Source of the DNA: Glaucostegus cemiculus
Taxonomy: Eukaryota
Reading direction: 5' to 3'
NCBI GenBank assembly: GCA_976551045.1
Contig: CDPCPM010000571.1
Span: forward strand, 1 to 64,000
DNA: 64,000 nucleotides
Shown here: one piece after another, positions 35,451 through 48,400 of the stretch
How the letters are laid out: every line of letters starts with the position of its first letter
Numbering within the stretch: position 1 is the first letter of the stretch
Notes under the pieces: model-generated
Told to the model about the DNA's origin: nothing
Seen by the model: only the letters and a program-made list of their open reading frames with translations
The model's database searches: none
Program-made: the position numbers and the translations under genes

Positions 35451-38400
35451 AGTGTGTTAGGGAACTGGAGCTGCGGCTGGATGACCTTCGGCTCCTACGG
35501 GATACCGAGGAGTACATAGACAAGAGCTATAGGGAGGCAGTCACTCTGAGGCTGCAGGAGGCAGGTAGCTGGGTAACTGTCAGGAGGACAGGGAATAAGC
35601 AGGCAGTGCAGAGTACCCCTGTGGCCATTCCCCTCAATAACAGGTAGACTGCTTTGGATAGTGTTGGGGAGGGGGAATGACCTACCAGGGGAAAGCTGCA
35701 GTGACCAGATCTCTGGCACTGAGCCTGGTCATGTGGTGCAGAAGGGACGGGGGAGAAGTGGAATGCGGTAGTGATAGGGGATTCCATAGTAAGGGGGGCA
35801 GACAGGAGATTCTGTGGACGTGTAAGAGATTCCTGGATGGTATGTTGCCTCCCCGGTTCAACGGTCAGCAATGTCATCAACTACTAAACTGCTCCTGTGT
35901 CTGGATTGGGTCCACGGCATTCTGAAGGGGGAGAGCAAACAGCCAGAGGTCGTGGTACATATTGGTACCAATGACATGGGTAGGAAAAGAGATGAGGTCC
36001 TGAAGAGGGAATATAGGGAGTTAGGTAGGAAGCTGAAAAGCAGGACCTCAAGGGTAGTAATCTCCGGATTGCTGCCTGTGTCATGTGCCAGTGAGGGTAA
36101 GTATAGGATGATTTGGCAGGTGAATGCGTGGCTGAGAAATTGGTACAGGGGGCAGGGTTTCAGATTTGTTGATCATTGGGATCTCTTCTGGGGAAGGTAC
36201 GACCTGTACAAAAGGGACGGGTTACACCTGAACTGGAGGGGGGACCAATATTCTTGTGGGCAGGTTTGCTAGAACTGTTCAAGAGGGTTTAAACTAGTTT
36301 GGCAGGGGGATGGGAGCCAGAGTGATAGGTCAGAGGTTGGTGCATTTAGTGTACAAGTAGATGCAGAGTGTAGAAAGACTGAGGAAGGATAGGCAGTTGA
36401 AAGAGAAAAATTGCAGTCAGTTGGATGGGCTGAAGTGTGGCTACTTCAATGTGAGAAGTATCAGGAACAAGGCTGATGAACTTAGAGTGTGGGTAAGTAC
36501 GTGGAACTATGACGTGGTGGCCATTACAGGGACTTGGCTGTCACAAGGACAGAAATGGCTGCTGGATATTCCAGGATTTAGATGTTTCAAAAGGGACAGG
36601 GACAGAGGTAGAAGAGGTGGGGGAGTGGCTTTGCTGATCAGGGACTGTGTCACAGCTGTAGAAAGGGAGATGTCCTGGAGGAATCGTCCACTGAGTCAGT
36701 GTGGGTGGAAGTCAGAAACAGGAAGGGAGCGACCACTCAGTTGGGAGTATTCTACAGACACACCAGTAGCAGCAGAGACACTGAGGAGATCAGGAGGCAC
36801 ATTTTGGAGAGGTGCAAAAATAACAGGGTTGTTGTCATGGGTGATTTCAACTTCCCTAATATTGATTGGCACCTCCTTAGTGTAAAGGGGAGAGATGGGA
36901 TGGGGTTTGTTAGGTGTGTACAGGAAGGATTCCTGACACAGTATGTGGACAGGCCGACTAGCGGAGAGGCCAGACTGAACCTGGTACTGGGCAATGGGCC
37001 TGATCAGGTTTCAGATCTCTCGGTGGGAGAGCATTTTGGAGACAGTGACCATAACTCCTTGACCTTTACCACAACCTTGGAGAGGGATAGGAGCAGACAA
37101 TATGGGAAAGTATTTAACTATGGGAAGGGGAAAGTGAGTTCCTGCACTCAGGCAGGAACTTGGGCGTGTAAATTGGGAACAGATGTTCTTGGGGAAGTGC
37201 ACAGTGGAAATGTGGAGGTTGTTTAAGGAACACTTGCATGGGGCTCTGGATAAGTTTGTCCCATTGAGGCAGGGTAAGGATGGTAGAGTGAAGGAACCCT
37301 GGTTGAGAGGAGATGTAGAATATCTTGTCAAGAGGAAGATAGAAGCTTACCTGAGGTTTGGAAAGCATGGATCAGACAGGGCTCTGGAGTGTTACAAGGT
37401 AGCCAGGAGGGAGCTAAAGAATGGACTTAGGAGAGCTAGAAGGGGGCATGAGAGGTCCTTGGAAAGTAGGATCAAGGAAAACCCCAAGGTGTCCTACACA
37501 TGTGTAGGATAAGAGGATGACTAGAGTGAGGGTGGGACCGATCAGGGATAAAAGAGGAAATGTGTGCCTGGAGTCAGAAGAGGTAGGGGAGGTCCTTAAT
37601 AAATACTTTGCTTCAGTATTCACCAGAGATAGAGACATTGATGTTTGTGACGATGGTGTATGACAGACTGATATGCTAGGGCATGTCAACGTGAGGAAAG
37701 GGGATGTACTGGAACTTTTGAAAAACATTAGGATAGATAAGTCACTGGGGCCAGATGGGATATACCCAAGGTTATTATGGGAAGCGAGGGAAGAGATTGC
37801 TGAGCCTTTGGTGATGATCTTTGCATCCTCACCAGCCAAAGGAGTAGTGCCAGATGATTGAAGGGTGGCAAATGTTGTTCCTTTGTTTAAGAAAGGGAGT
37901 AGGGACAACCCTGGGAATTACAGACCAGTGAGTCTTACTTCAGTGTGGGTAAATTACTGGAGAAGATTCTTAGAGACAGGATTTATGGGCATTTAGAGAA
38001 GCGTAGGCTGATTAGGGACAGTCAGCATGGCTTTGTGAGGGGCAGGTTGTACCTCACAAGCCTGACTGAATTCTTTGAGGATGTGACAAAGAACATTGAT
38101 GAAGGTAGAGCAGTGGATGTGGTGTACATGGATTTTAGTAAGGCTTTTGATAAGGTTCTTCATGGAAGGCTTATTCAGAAAGTCAGGAGGCATGGAATGC
38201 AGGGAAACTTGGCTGTGTGGATTCAGAATTGGCTTGCCTATAGAAAACAGAGTGTGGTGGTAGATGGAGCATATTCTGCCTGGAGGTCAGTGGTCAGTGG
38301 TGTTCTGCAGAGGTCTATACTGGGACCCCTGCTCTTTGTGATTTTTATAAATGACTTGGATGAGGATGTGGAAGGGTGGGTTGGTAAGTTTGCTGATGAT

Positions 38401-39297
38401 ACAAAGGTTGGTGGTGTGGTGGATAGTGTAATAGGTTGCTGTAGATTACAGCAGGATATTGATAGAATGCAGAGCTGGGCTGCATAAGTGGCAGGTAAGC
38501 AGTTCAACCCAGATAAGTGTTAAGTATCACTTTGGGAGATCGAGTTTGAAGGCAGAATACAAGGTTAATGGCAGGACTCTTAGCAGTGTGGAGAAACAGA
38601 AGGATCTTGGGGTCCATGTTCATAGATCCCTCAAGGTTGCCACTCAGGTTGATAGGGTTGTTAAGAAGGTGTGTGGTGAGTTGGCCTTCATTAGTCAAGG
38701 TATTGAGTTCAAGAACCGCGAGTTGACGTTGCAGCTCTATAGAACTGTGGTCAGACCACACTTGGAGTATTATGTTCAGTTCTGGTCAACTCATTATAAG
38801 GATGTGAAAGCTTAAGAGGATGCAGAGGAGATTTACCAGGATGTTGCCTGGATTGGAGAGCATGTCTTATGAGGATAGGTTGAGTGAGCTACGGCTTTGC
38901 TCTTTGGAGACAAGAAAGATGAGAGGCGACTTGACAGAGGTGTACAAGATGATAAGTGGCACAGATTGAGTGGACAGTCAGAGACTTTTTCCCAGTGTGA
39001 CAATGGCTAACATGAGGGGATGTAATTTCAAAGTGATTGGAGGAAGGTATAAGGGGGATATCGGGGCAAGTTTTTTTACACAGAGAGTGGTGGGTGTGTG
39101 GAATGCACCACCGGCAGAGGTTGGGTTGTGGGGGTGGATACATTAGGAATATCTAAGATAGATAGCCACATGAATGATAAAGAAATGGAGGACTATGTGG
39201 GAGGAAAGGGTTAGGTAGATCTTAGAGCAGGGTAAAATGTTGGCACAACATTGTGGGCTGAAGGGCCTGTACTGTGCTGTAGTGTTCTATGTTCTAG
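35450..39297 (+). mobile_element. Near-full-length CR1 LINE: ORF1 coiled coil and SGNH esterase, ORF2 APE-RT, disrupted
   Basis: [35 protein letters not shown]; [54 protein letters not shown]; tail gggcctgtactgtgctgtagtgttctatgttcta. Confidence 0.95.
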
Positions 39298-39959
39298 AGG
39301 GACAGACAAACTGGAGAGGGAAACATGAACTGGAAAGGGAGACAGACAGACAGACAGAAACTGGAGAGGGCAGAAGAGAACATAAACGGTTCAGGCACCA
39401 AGCCAGGAAAAGTGGAACCAGATGTTGTGTCACATTATAAGCTGCACAGACTTGAAATGTTTTACTGGTTCCCAGCCCAGATGATGCGGTCTGCCAGCAT
39501 TTCAAGTTACATGCCAGTTGGCCTTCAAACTAACATTCAGTGGCTGTTGGTTCACTTAATTCTGATCTGTGCAACAGATAGCCATTTAAGATTTTCTGGA
39601 ACCATTTAAACCCATTCTTTTTATGGTTATGCTACAACTTAAACATCTGTATATATTCTCAGTGCTAATTGTCAGGTGCAGATATCTAGAAGCTAGACTC
39701 CACATTCTCTTAATGGCCTTGTAAACCAGTTCACTTTTGGCAAGTGGCCGATGCCATGAAATAGTAAAGCAGTTATGTAGAGTTATATATTAGGTTGTAC
39801 CTTTTGGATTCTAGTTGGCATATTTAAGAGCCAAGTCATGCAAAGAATCTCTCCTCACTCAGGCTATGATCACTTAGCTTGTTACAAGCAGGATGTTTGA
39901 TCTGATTAATCACATTTAAAAAAAAGAGATGAAGTGTACTTTGATGCAATATTGGAGAA

Positions 39960-40790
39960 GTGTTCCACGTCTGACAAAAATTCACAACTTCCTGCTTAAG
40001 TGAATCTGAGCTTCTGGTCAGTGGTAACCCCCAGCATGTTGATGCTGAGCAACTTGACAATGGCAATGCCATTGAAAATCAAGAGACAATGGTTTAACTC
40101 TTTCTTGTTGTGGATGGTCATTGCCTCGCACTTTTTGGCACCAATGTTACTTTGCTAATGTCACCCAATGCCTGAAGTTTTTTTTTAAGAGGTCTTGGCT
40201 CCATGCAGGTATGAGTTACTTAGTTTGTCAGTTGTGAAAGGAATTGAACATCATGCAATGAGTGAACACCCAAAGTTCTGATTTGAGCATGGGAGGAAGG
40301 TCTTTGTTGAGGCAACTAAGCATGTTGGGCCTAAAACACTATCCTGAGGAACTGCTGGAGTGATGTCCTGGGGCTGGAGTAATGGACCTCCAAAAGCCAC
40401 AACAGATTCCTTTGTGTTCAACCACTGCAGTGTTTCCCCTTTGATGCCACCCTCAATCAAATGCTGCCTCGATATCAAGGGCAGTCACTCTTACCTGACC
40501 TCTGGAATTCACCTCTTTGGTCCACAATTCGACCAAGGTTATGATGAGCCTGGAGTTGTTCTGGCAAAGCCCAAGGATCAGTGAGCAGGTAATTCAGAAG
40601 TAATTACCACTTAATTTGTCAATGGCAGTTTCCATCAATTTGCTGATGATTGAAAGTAGACCAACTTGTAAGTACTAGTCATTTGTATTTGTGCCACATT
40701 TTATGAACAAGTCATACCTGTGCAATTTTTCAAATTAGTGTATAGATGCCAATGGGTGTAACAATACTGGAACAGATTGGCTGTTAAAAA
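39960..40790 (-). mobile_element. CR1/jockey-group LINE RT fragment
   Basis: GIKGETLQWL...QDITPAVPQDSVLGPT, a degenerate [10 protein letters not shown] motif. Confidence 0.65.
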
Positions 40791-41539
40791 ATTAAAGTAC
40801 ATTAACAAATTGAACTCTTTGCATTACTTCATCAAAGAACTCAATCAGTCAAATATAATTTGCCTTTAACAAGTCTATGCTTTCATTTATCACCCTTTAA
40901 TTTCCCAAGTGCCAGTCAATTCTGCTCTGTATTACTGCATGACAGTTTCCTACAACTGATATTATTCTAGGTAACATGTAGATACCGTATTCACCTTTCA
41001 CTTTTCTTAACAGTGATGTAATTGCAATCTCACAGTCTTTTAGGACCTCTTCCATATCCGAGGGATTGGAAAATTATGCACAGAACCTCTCCAATTTTCA
41101 CTTATTTCATTCCGTAATGTATTTGGTCCCAATGACTTTCCTTCTGCAAGATTAGGGTAGTCACGCTGCATTCTTTTAACTAACTTCTATTTTCTTCTGT
41201 AAATAAAGGTGTATACCCATTTATCTGACATATGATAAGGATAATTATACATTCGACTATTCTTTCATTATTCATGTATTTATTAAAGGCTTCCGATTCT
41301 GTGTTGGTCACCTATTCACACATACTTATTCGATCCTCTTTATTCCCTTCTCATGTCTCCTCTGGACTTTATTTCGATTCTCTGTTGTATTATGAACGTT
41401 GTGTTTGCTATTACAGCTCTTTCCATTTCATTTTACTCTTTTACTTTAGTTATCCATGTAGCCCTTCCTATTCTCATGGGGATGTGTCTGCTCTATCCCA
41501 GAAGCATCTCCATGACCATTTTACCCATTAATTTTCTAA

Positions 41540-43330
41540 CGACACTTAAGAAGGAAATTAAAAGGGCAAAAAAGCAGACGAGATATCCTTGCCAGATAAG
41601 ATAAAGGGGAATCCTAAAAGTTTTGACATGTATATTAGCAGCAAAAAGGTAAGTCATGACAGAGTAGGTTCCCTGAAGAATCAGTGTGATGCTCTATATG
41701 CAGAGTCACGGGAAATGGGTGAGGTCTTAAATGAATACTTCTTGTCTGCATTTACCATGGAGAAGCTCATGGAAGCTAGGGAGTTCAGGGACCAGTGATA
41801 TCGGGAAGCATGCTGATAAATCCCTGGGGCCTGACCAGGTGTATTCTAGGACATTGTGGGAAGCAAGGGAGAAGATGACTGGGGCCCTGGCAAAGATTTT
41901 TGCATACTCATTACCCACAGGTAAGGCACCAGAAGAATGTAGTACGGCTAATGTTGAGAAGGGCTGCAATGACAAGCCAGGGAACTATTGGCCAATGAAC
42001 CTTACATCAGTGGTGGAAACGCTACTGGCAGGGATTGTGAGGGACAGAATTTATTTGCATTTGGAGAGGCAAGAGCTGATTAGGGATAGTCATGGAAGTT
42101 CATGTCTCACAAATCTGAGAACTTTGAAGAAGTGACAAAGGGGATAGACTAGGGCAGGGCAGTGGATAGCGTCCACCAAGACTTTAGCAAGGTCGGCTGA
42201 TCCAGAAGGTCAGGTCACATGGAACCCAGGGTGAGATAGCAAATTGGATTCAAAATTGGCTTGGTGGTAGGAGGCAGACAGTAGTAGTGCAGGGATGCTT
42301 TTCAGACTGGAGGCCTGTGACCAGTGGTGTGCCGCAGGGATCAGCCCTGGGTCCACTGTTGTCCATCACATATACTAACAACTTGGAAGAGAATGTAGGT
42401 GGCATGATTAGTAAGTTTGCCGATGATGCCAACAACTGGTGGTATAGTGGACAGTGAAGAAGGTTGTCTATGGTTACAACAGGATCTAGATCAACTGGGA
42501 AAGTGGGCAAGGGAATTTAACTCAGACAAGCAGAAAGTGATGCATTTTGGGAAGTTAAACCAGGCCAGGGCATATACAGTGAATGGCAGGGCCCTGGGGA
42601 GTGTAATTCAACAGTGAGACCTTGGGGTACAAGTACATAGTTCCCTAAAAGTAACAACACAGGCAGACAAAGAAGGTGTATGGTATACTTGTCTACATCA
42701 GCCAAGATAATGATTATAGGCGTTGGAACGTCATGTTACAACTGTATGAATCATTGCTTAGGCAGCACTTGGGAATATTGCAGTTCTGTTCACTGTGCTA
42801 CAGGAAGAATGCAATTAAGCTAGAGAGGGCCCAGAAAAGATTCACAGGAATGTTGCCTGGACTGGAGGGCTTGAGTCATAAGGAGCGATTCGATTGGCTG
42901 GGACTGTTTCCTCTGGAGCGAAGGAGGCTGAGGAATGACCTCATAGAGATTTATAAAATTATGAGCGGCATAGAGAGGGTAGATTGTCATAGTCCCTTTC
43001 CCAGGGTAGGGAAGTCTAAAACTAGAGAGCGTAGGTTTAAGAAAAGAGGGGAGAAAGATTTTAAGGTGAGAAAGATTCAAAGGAGATCTAAGGGGCAAGT
43101 TTTTTTGACACAGAGAGTGATGGGTAAATGGAACAAGCTGCCAGAGTAGGTGGTGGAAGCAGGTACAATTACACTAGTTAAGAGGCATTTGGATAGGTAC
43201 GTGGATAGGAAAAGTTTGGAAGGATATGGGCCAAACACAGGCAAATGGGATTGGCATAGGTATTTTGGTCAGCATGAACAAGTTGGGCCGAAGGTTCTGT
43301 TTCTGTGCTGTATAACACCATGAATCTATG
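41540..43330 (+). mobile_element. 5'-truncated CR1 LINE, nested in an older minus-strand CR1 remnant
   Basis: DKSLGPDQVYSRTLWEA, PGNYWPMNLTSVV, KFADD and LERAQKRFTGMLPGL; tail gggccgaaggttctgtttctgtgctgtataacaccatgaatctatg. Confidence 0.88.
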
Positions 43331-43679
43331 TTAATAATCCACCTAGGCTACATCCCTTTTCAATCACCAAAATTATCCTCCTAGAGTTGAGTATATTTAA
43401 TGAGAATGTTTTGAATCCTGCTCCCCAAATGCTCTCCTGGTGAAACTTCAATTGATTCACTTCAGTCCCCATAACCAGATCCAGCAGAGGTTCCTGCCTC
43501 CACACTCTGTCACAAGCAGAGAGTCATGCAGCCTGGGAACAGGCTTTCAGCCTAACGTCCCCACATCGACCATCAAGCATGAATCACTGCTTAGCTCCGG
43601 CATATTCATCAATTCTTCACTCCAACCCAACCAAATTCAACTGTCACCTATCCTACATGGCAATTTTACAGTTGTCAGT

Positions 43680-44110
43680 TAATTTAGTAAGCAGCATGTC
43701 TTTGGCACGTAGGCTGAAACTCATGCAGTCACAGGATGAACGTGCAAAATCCAGGCAGACACAGGGTCAGGATCAAACCCAGGTCTCCGGAGTTGTGGAG
43801 CAACAGCACGAACCATCATACTATCATAATAACATAGAAGGTCATTCAGTCCATTGTCAATGCCAGCTCTCACAGCAATTTCAATTCTCACTTATTTCCC
43901 TCACAAATACCCCTTAACACCTAACCACTCCCCACATTCTCCTACCAGCCACCTACATGGGTGTAATTTACAATAGCTTACAATCAGCATGTCTTTGGGA
44001 TGTGAGAGTTAGAACACCCAAGGAAAATCCACACGGTCAAAGGGGGAGGATGCAAACTCACCAGGCAGTACCAGAGGTCAGAATCGAATCCTAGTCACTG
44101 GAGTTATGAG
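43680..44110 (-). mobile_element. Two degenerate V-SINE fragments
   Basis: agcatgtctttgg...gaaactcatgcagtcacagg and agcatgtctttgggatgtgag...ggaaaatccacacgg...gaatcgaatcc. Confidence 0.6.
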
Positions 44111-45491
44111 GCTGCAGACTTGTACATTTTAGCAGTTCTTCATCCCTTCAAACTCACATTAGACTTGCTCAGATTCTGATCCTTGCTGCTTCTGAGCTAT
44201 GCCATTATTGGTCTCCCTCAGGCTTCTGGGTGTCTTCTGTTCTCGAATGTTTCACGATGATGCTCATTCCCCCTTCCAAATTAGTTCAAGTTAATGTTAT
44301 TGTTGTGAAAGTTTTAACTGTGGTATTTGTTGGGAGCCACATTGTGTCATTTTGAGTTTCCAACATTCATCTTGTGAGCAGAATGGGGGAAGAAACACAA
44401 ATTAATACTTAGCTATCTCACTACAGGAATCTTTACAAAAGTATTTTTTTTGTTATCCAATGCTGCTACTTCAGACTGGGGGAAGCTCTTGCTGAAAGAT
44501 GGTCTGTGAGGGCTATATGTTTGTATAATTTCTGCATAAAAAATGTTGTTATATTGTAAGTCACAAACTGGCAACTGAGGTCATACTCTGTGTTATACGG
44601 TGCACCCAAGGAAGTATTATTGATATAGACAAGGAATGGTAAAGGAAAATTGTATTAGTATAACCCCTGGACTTGTCTGTTTTTGTACCAATCAATTATC
44701 TCTTTATCTTTCTGTTATCCTGTGCACCCATGTAATATCTCCTATTCAAATTTCCAGGATAACCATTCCAATTGGTTCAGCCTAGTCATTCCTTATATTC
44801 TCATTGGCTATTACATTTTACAACATAAACTGTCAATCAGATATCAAAATGGAGAGATGCTCTATTTCTGTTCTGGGTTGATTTTCCGATTCACCACATT
44901 GGAACAACTGTTATTTTGTTTTGATAAAGTAACTTGATGAAATTGCAATGAACTCAATTCTACAGTTGTTTCAATTCTCCTTCACATGGAGGTTAATAAC
45001 AAATAAGCAATTAAAACACTCACTGAGAAAGTTAGTAGAGGGGTTAAGAGAATGGAGCACGCAATAATCTACCGCGGAGAATGGTTGAGAGCAATGCTTC
45101 TATTACAGGAAAACTGGGTAAAATTTTGAAGCTGTATCATTTGCCATCAGTGTTAAATAAACTCAATGGGCATTTTAAGACTGTATATATTGCTCTATCA
45201 GTGCGTGATAACTTTCACACTTTGGAACAGCCATGGGAACGTGGCAGTTATCATAGTTCATCACAGTGAACTATATATTGCAATAGGAATTTGTTAATTC
45301 CAGATAAGTTAACCCATGAATGAATGAAACTGGAATTATCTTTCTGACATCTATTAAACAAGTTAAATGCCAATGCCAAAGCAAGACTGCCTTGAAAATA
45401 AATCACAAGAATTTTACACTGAAAGTTACCTGCCCACATTTCCTATTTTTTTCCTGTCCCTGCAGGATTCTCAGTGAGTAGGTGTGGATAA

Positions 45492-48400
45492 TCAAATAAA
45501 TAGGTAGTTCTGTTTCTTCCCATTAAGTTTCTTCCTTTTTAACCCGTAAGCTCTTTTGAAGCCTCGCCCATAAAACAAAGTTGTCAGAACCTCATTGTCA
45601 CCTTCTGGGGGAGTTTTCCTCAACAGTGCATACCAGACACGCCTACATTCTTGCATTATGAAGATTGCCACCTCTGCTTCTTCAGCTGGCTTTTCATGAA
45701 CAAATTGTCTCATATCTCCATAGGACAGAATGACCACTGAGTCAAAAAGATTTATCAGGATACAGTTCATAATAAAGAGAAAGGTTACCAGGTAGATGCC
45801 ACCAATAACCCTGCTGTAGGGAAAATCTGTGTTGTTAAATTCTCCTGTGTAGTATGACACAACGGTCTGTGCTGCATGAATCATAGTATTGAAATTCTTA
45901 TCAAACTGACCAAAGAGCAGGTGGCCAACTGACATAAAAATAAGTGAACACATAGCCATAAGCAGAGCCAGGGAGCAGATAGCAGGAAAACCTACACTAA
46001 TGGCCTTCTGAACTAGACGCACGTGGTAGAGGAACCGTGTGTACCTCAGCAACTTCACAATGGTGACAAAAAGTAAGAAAGCGACATTGATTCTGAGTAG
46101 CTGATCCAAGGCAGAGATGACATGAAAGGCAACGAAGGAGGTTGGATTCTTCTTGTAGAGCTTCAGCATACTGTGTGCTAATAAAAATTTGGCTAGGTGA
46201 AGAACTATCGCCATCAGCAGCAGCACTGCTATGATCAAGTTGGCAATGCTTTCCAGTTTCTGCAAGTATGTATATCCTTTCCGCCTCATTGTCCTACATT
46301 CTTGTATGGCAAATACAAGAAAGAAAAGCATGAAGAGGATACTGATGAAAATCCAGTTCACTTCTCTTCTCTTAAAGAGTCTAAGAGAAAAGGATTTCAC
46401 TGACAACTTCTTGCTGACCACACCAAGAGGGGCTGTCTCCAGAATTAGTGAAATGCTGCATAGTAAGTCAACATTTGCATTGTACATGGTGGTTTCAATG
46501 ACCACCACCCATGTACTCCCATCAATCCAGTTGCTATTCTGGAGGGTCAATAATCTTACTATTGAATTCTGTAAGTTAGATGAAGAGAAGTAGATGGAAT
46601 AACCCCCCAGTGAATAATCACGATATACACCATGTGTGTTATAGAACCAAGGGGAGTCATTGGCTTCATACAACCAACCCGTGTAGTCCAAAGGCCCCGT
46701 CACAGAGATACTTTCAATGGCCAGGTTCCAGGAACCATTGTAGTTCTTAGTGTCTTCTTGATTATTATTAAACAAGGGTCGACAACGGAGTTTACCCAGG
46801 ACGGTGGACACAGCATTGGGCTTCAGAAAGCAATCTACTGACCCTTGTTTTGATCTGATCTGCCGCATCCGTGGCAATCCTAGGATCACAGTGTTGGTTC
46901 CATTCAGGAAAGACAGATTTGAGTCATCGTGAATCAAAGGCAAGAAAGTGATCTTCAGCCAGGTGTAGAACTCTCGGACAGTATTAACTCTGTCCAGATT
47001 CTTGGAAAATTCTTGCTGAATGATCCGGTTGTAGTAGTAACCATTGCTGTAGTCTGTGAAGCACACCGAGTACAGCAGGAGTCCAAGGAAAACCAGATGC
47101 AACAACATCCGCATGCACAACTCGAATGCACGACTCTTGATGATCCCTTTCTTCTTGGCCAATATTAGCTCATCACCCTCCAGTGGTCTGTACTGCTTTC
47201 TGACCCGGGGTTCCAACTGGAGACAGTCACTGTCATTCTTGGGAAGGTCATTTGCACTAACTTCCAGCACCTGTATCCCCGTGGACCAGTCCATATCCTG
47301 GGCACGTCTGCGGCTCAAGGCAAAGAGAGCAGCAAAGGCCATAATCTTCAGTGGCTGCAGTATGAAAATACTCTGGAGAAAGGAAAAAACAGAAGTTACT
47401 AGCCATAACCAAGAGGTTTGTAAACCATATGAAAGTCCATAGAGTACTATAAACACTGCAGACACAATTGACACCAGCCAAATAATGCACCAAGCCAGAT
47501 ACAAGAGACAGCGAGAAAGTAAAACGCTCGGCTTCTTTCTTGGGTGTTTGCTTTTGGAGGATTGGCGAAATCGACCCTTCCACCTCTTCTGTCTTGCAGG
47601 CCTAATTTGACGAGGCCATGCCATTGGCTTGACCTTTGTTGTAGCCTTCTTCTTTCTTCCAATTAATCCTCCCACTTCCTCTTCCTTCGTAATTTGATCT
47701 GCTGCAGATTGTGGAATGATGCAGTTATTCTTCTCTTTGGCTGAGGGTTTATGAATGTTTTCCTCACCCGCAATGAAGGATAAATGACTGTAGTGATCAT
47801 CCTTTGGCATATCCACCACTTTGTTGGGACTTTCTTCAACTTCACTGACTGGTTTGTCCATCGAGTACCAATGCTTCAACCTCTCTCTCAAGTTTGATTT
47901 CAAGTTAAAATTCTCAATTGAGTTACCGTCAACTTCTTGGTCTTCTTTTACTGATAAGGATTCACCTTTTCTTTGCGCATATAAAAACAGACCAGATATT
48001 AGGAGCTCCACGGGTACCATCACCAATGCACTTTCAACTGCAATCACCAAAGAAGTCCTTACTTTGAGCCAAAATTCTTCTTGTTCTTCGAACTGGAAAA
48101 GCATGATGCCAGTTAGCAGACTGCAGAGCAGCATAGCCAAACAGCAGGACAGCCTCTGAATTCTGCTGAAGGACTGGTCAACGTCGAGGGCAAAGACAGA
48201 GAACCATAAGTGCTCTTTGTCCATCCTGCTAGACACTTCGATGAAGAAGACATCCCGTCTCCGCAACAGGATGCCGACACTAGTGACTGGAAACGTCCCA
48301 AGCAACACACTTACACCTTTCGTGGTAGCTAGCCACGTTCTGCAGAAGAAGTGCCACTGCTGCCTGGTGAAGACATTTTGCACTTTCACTCGGCTGAGGT

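Noticed and set aside
34920-35523. Hydrophobic Ser/Leu-rich ORFs on the - strand
   Set aside because: They are translations of the GA-rich low-complexity tract.
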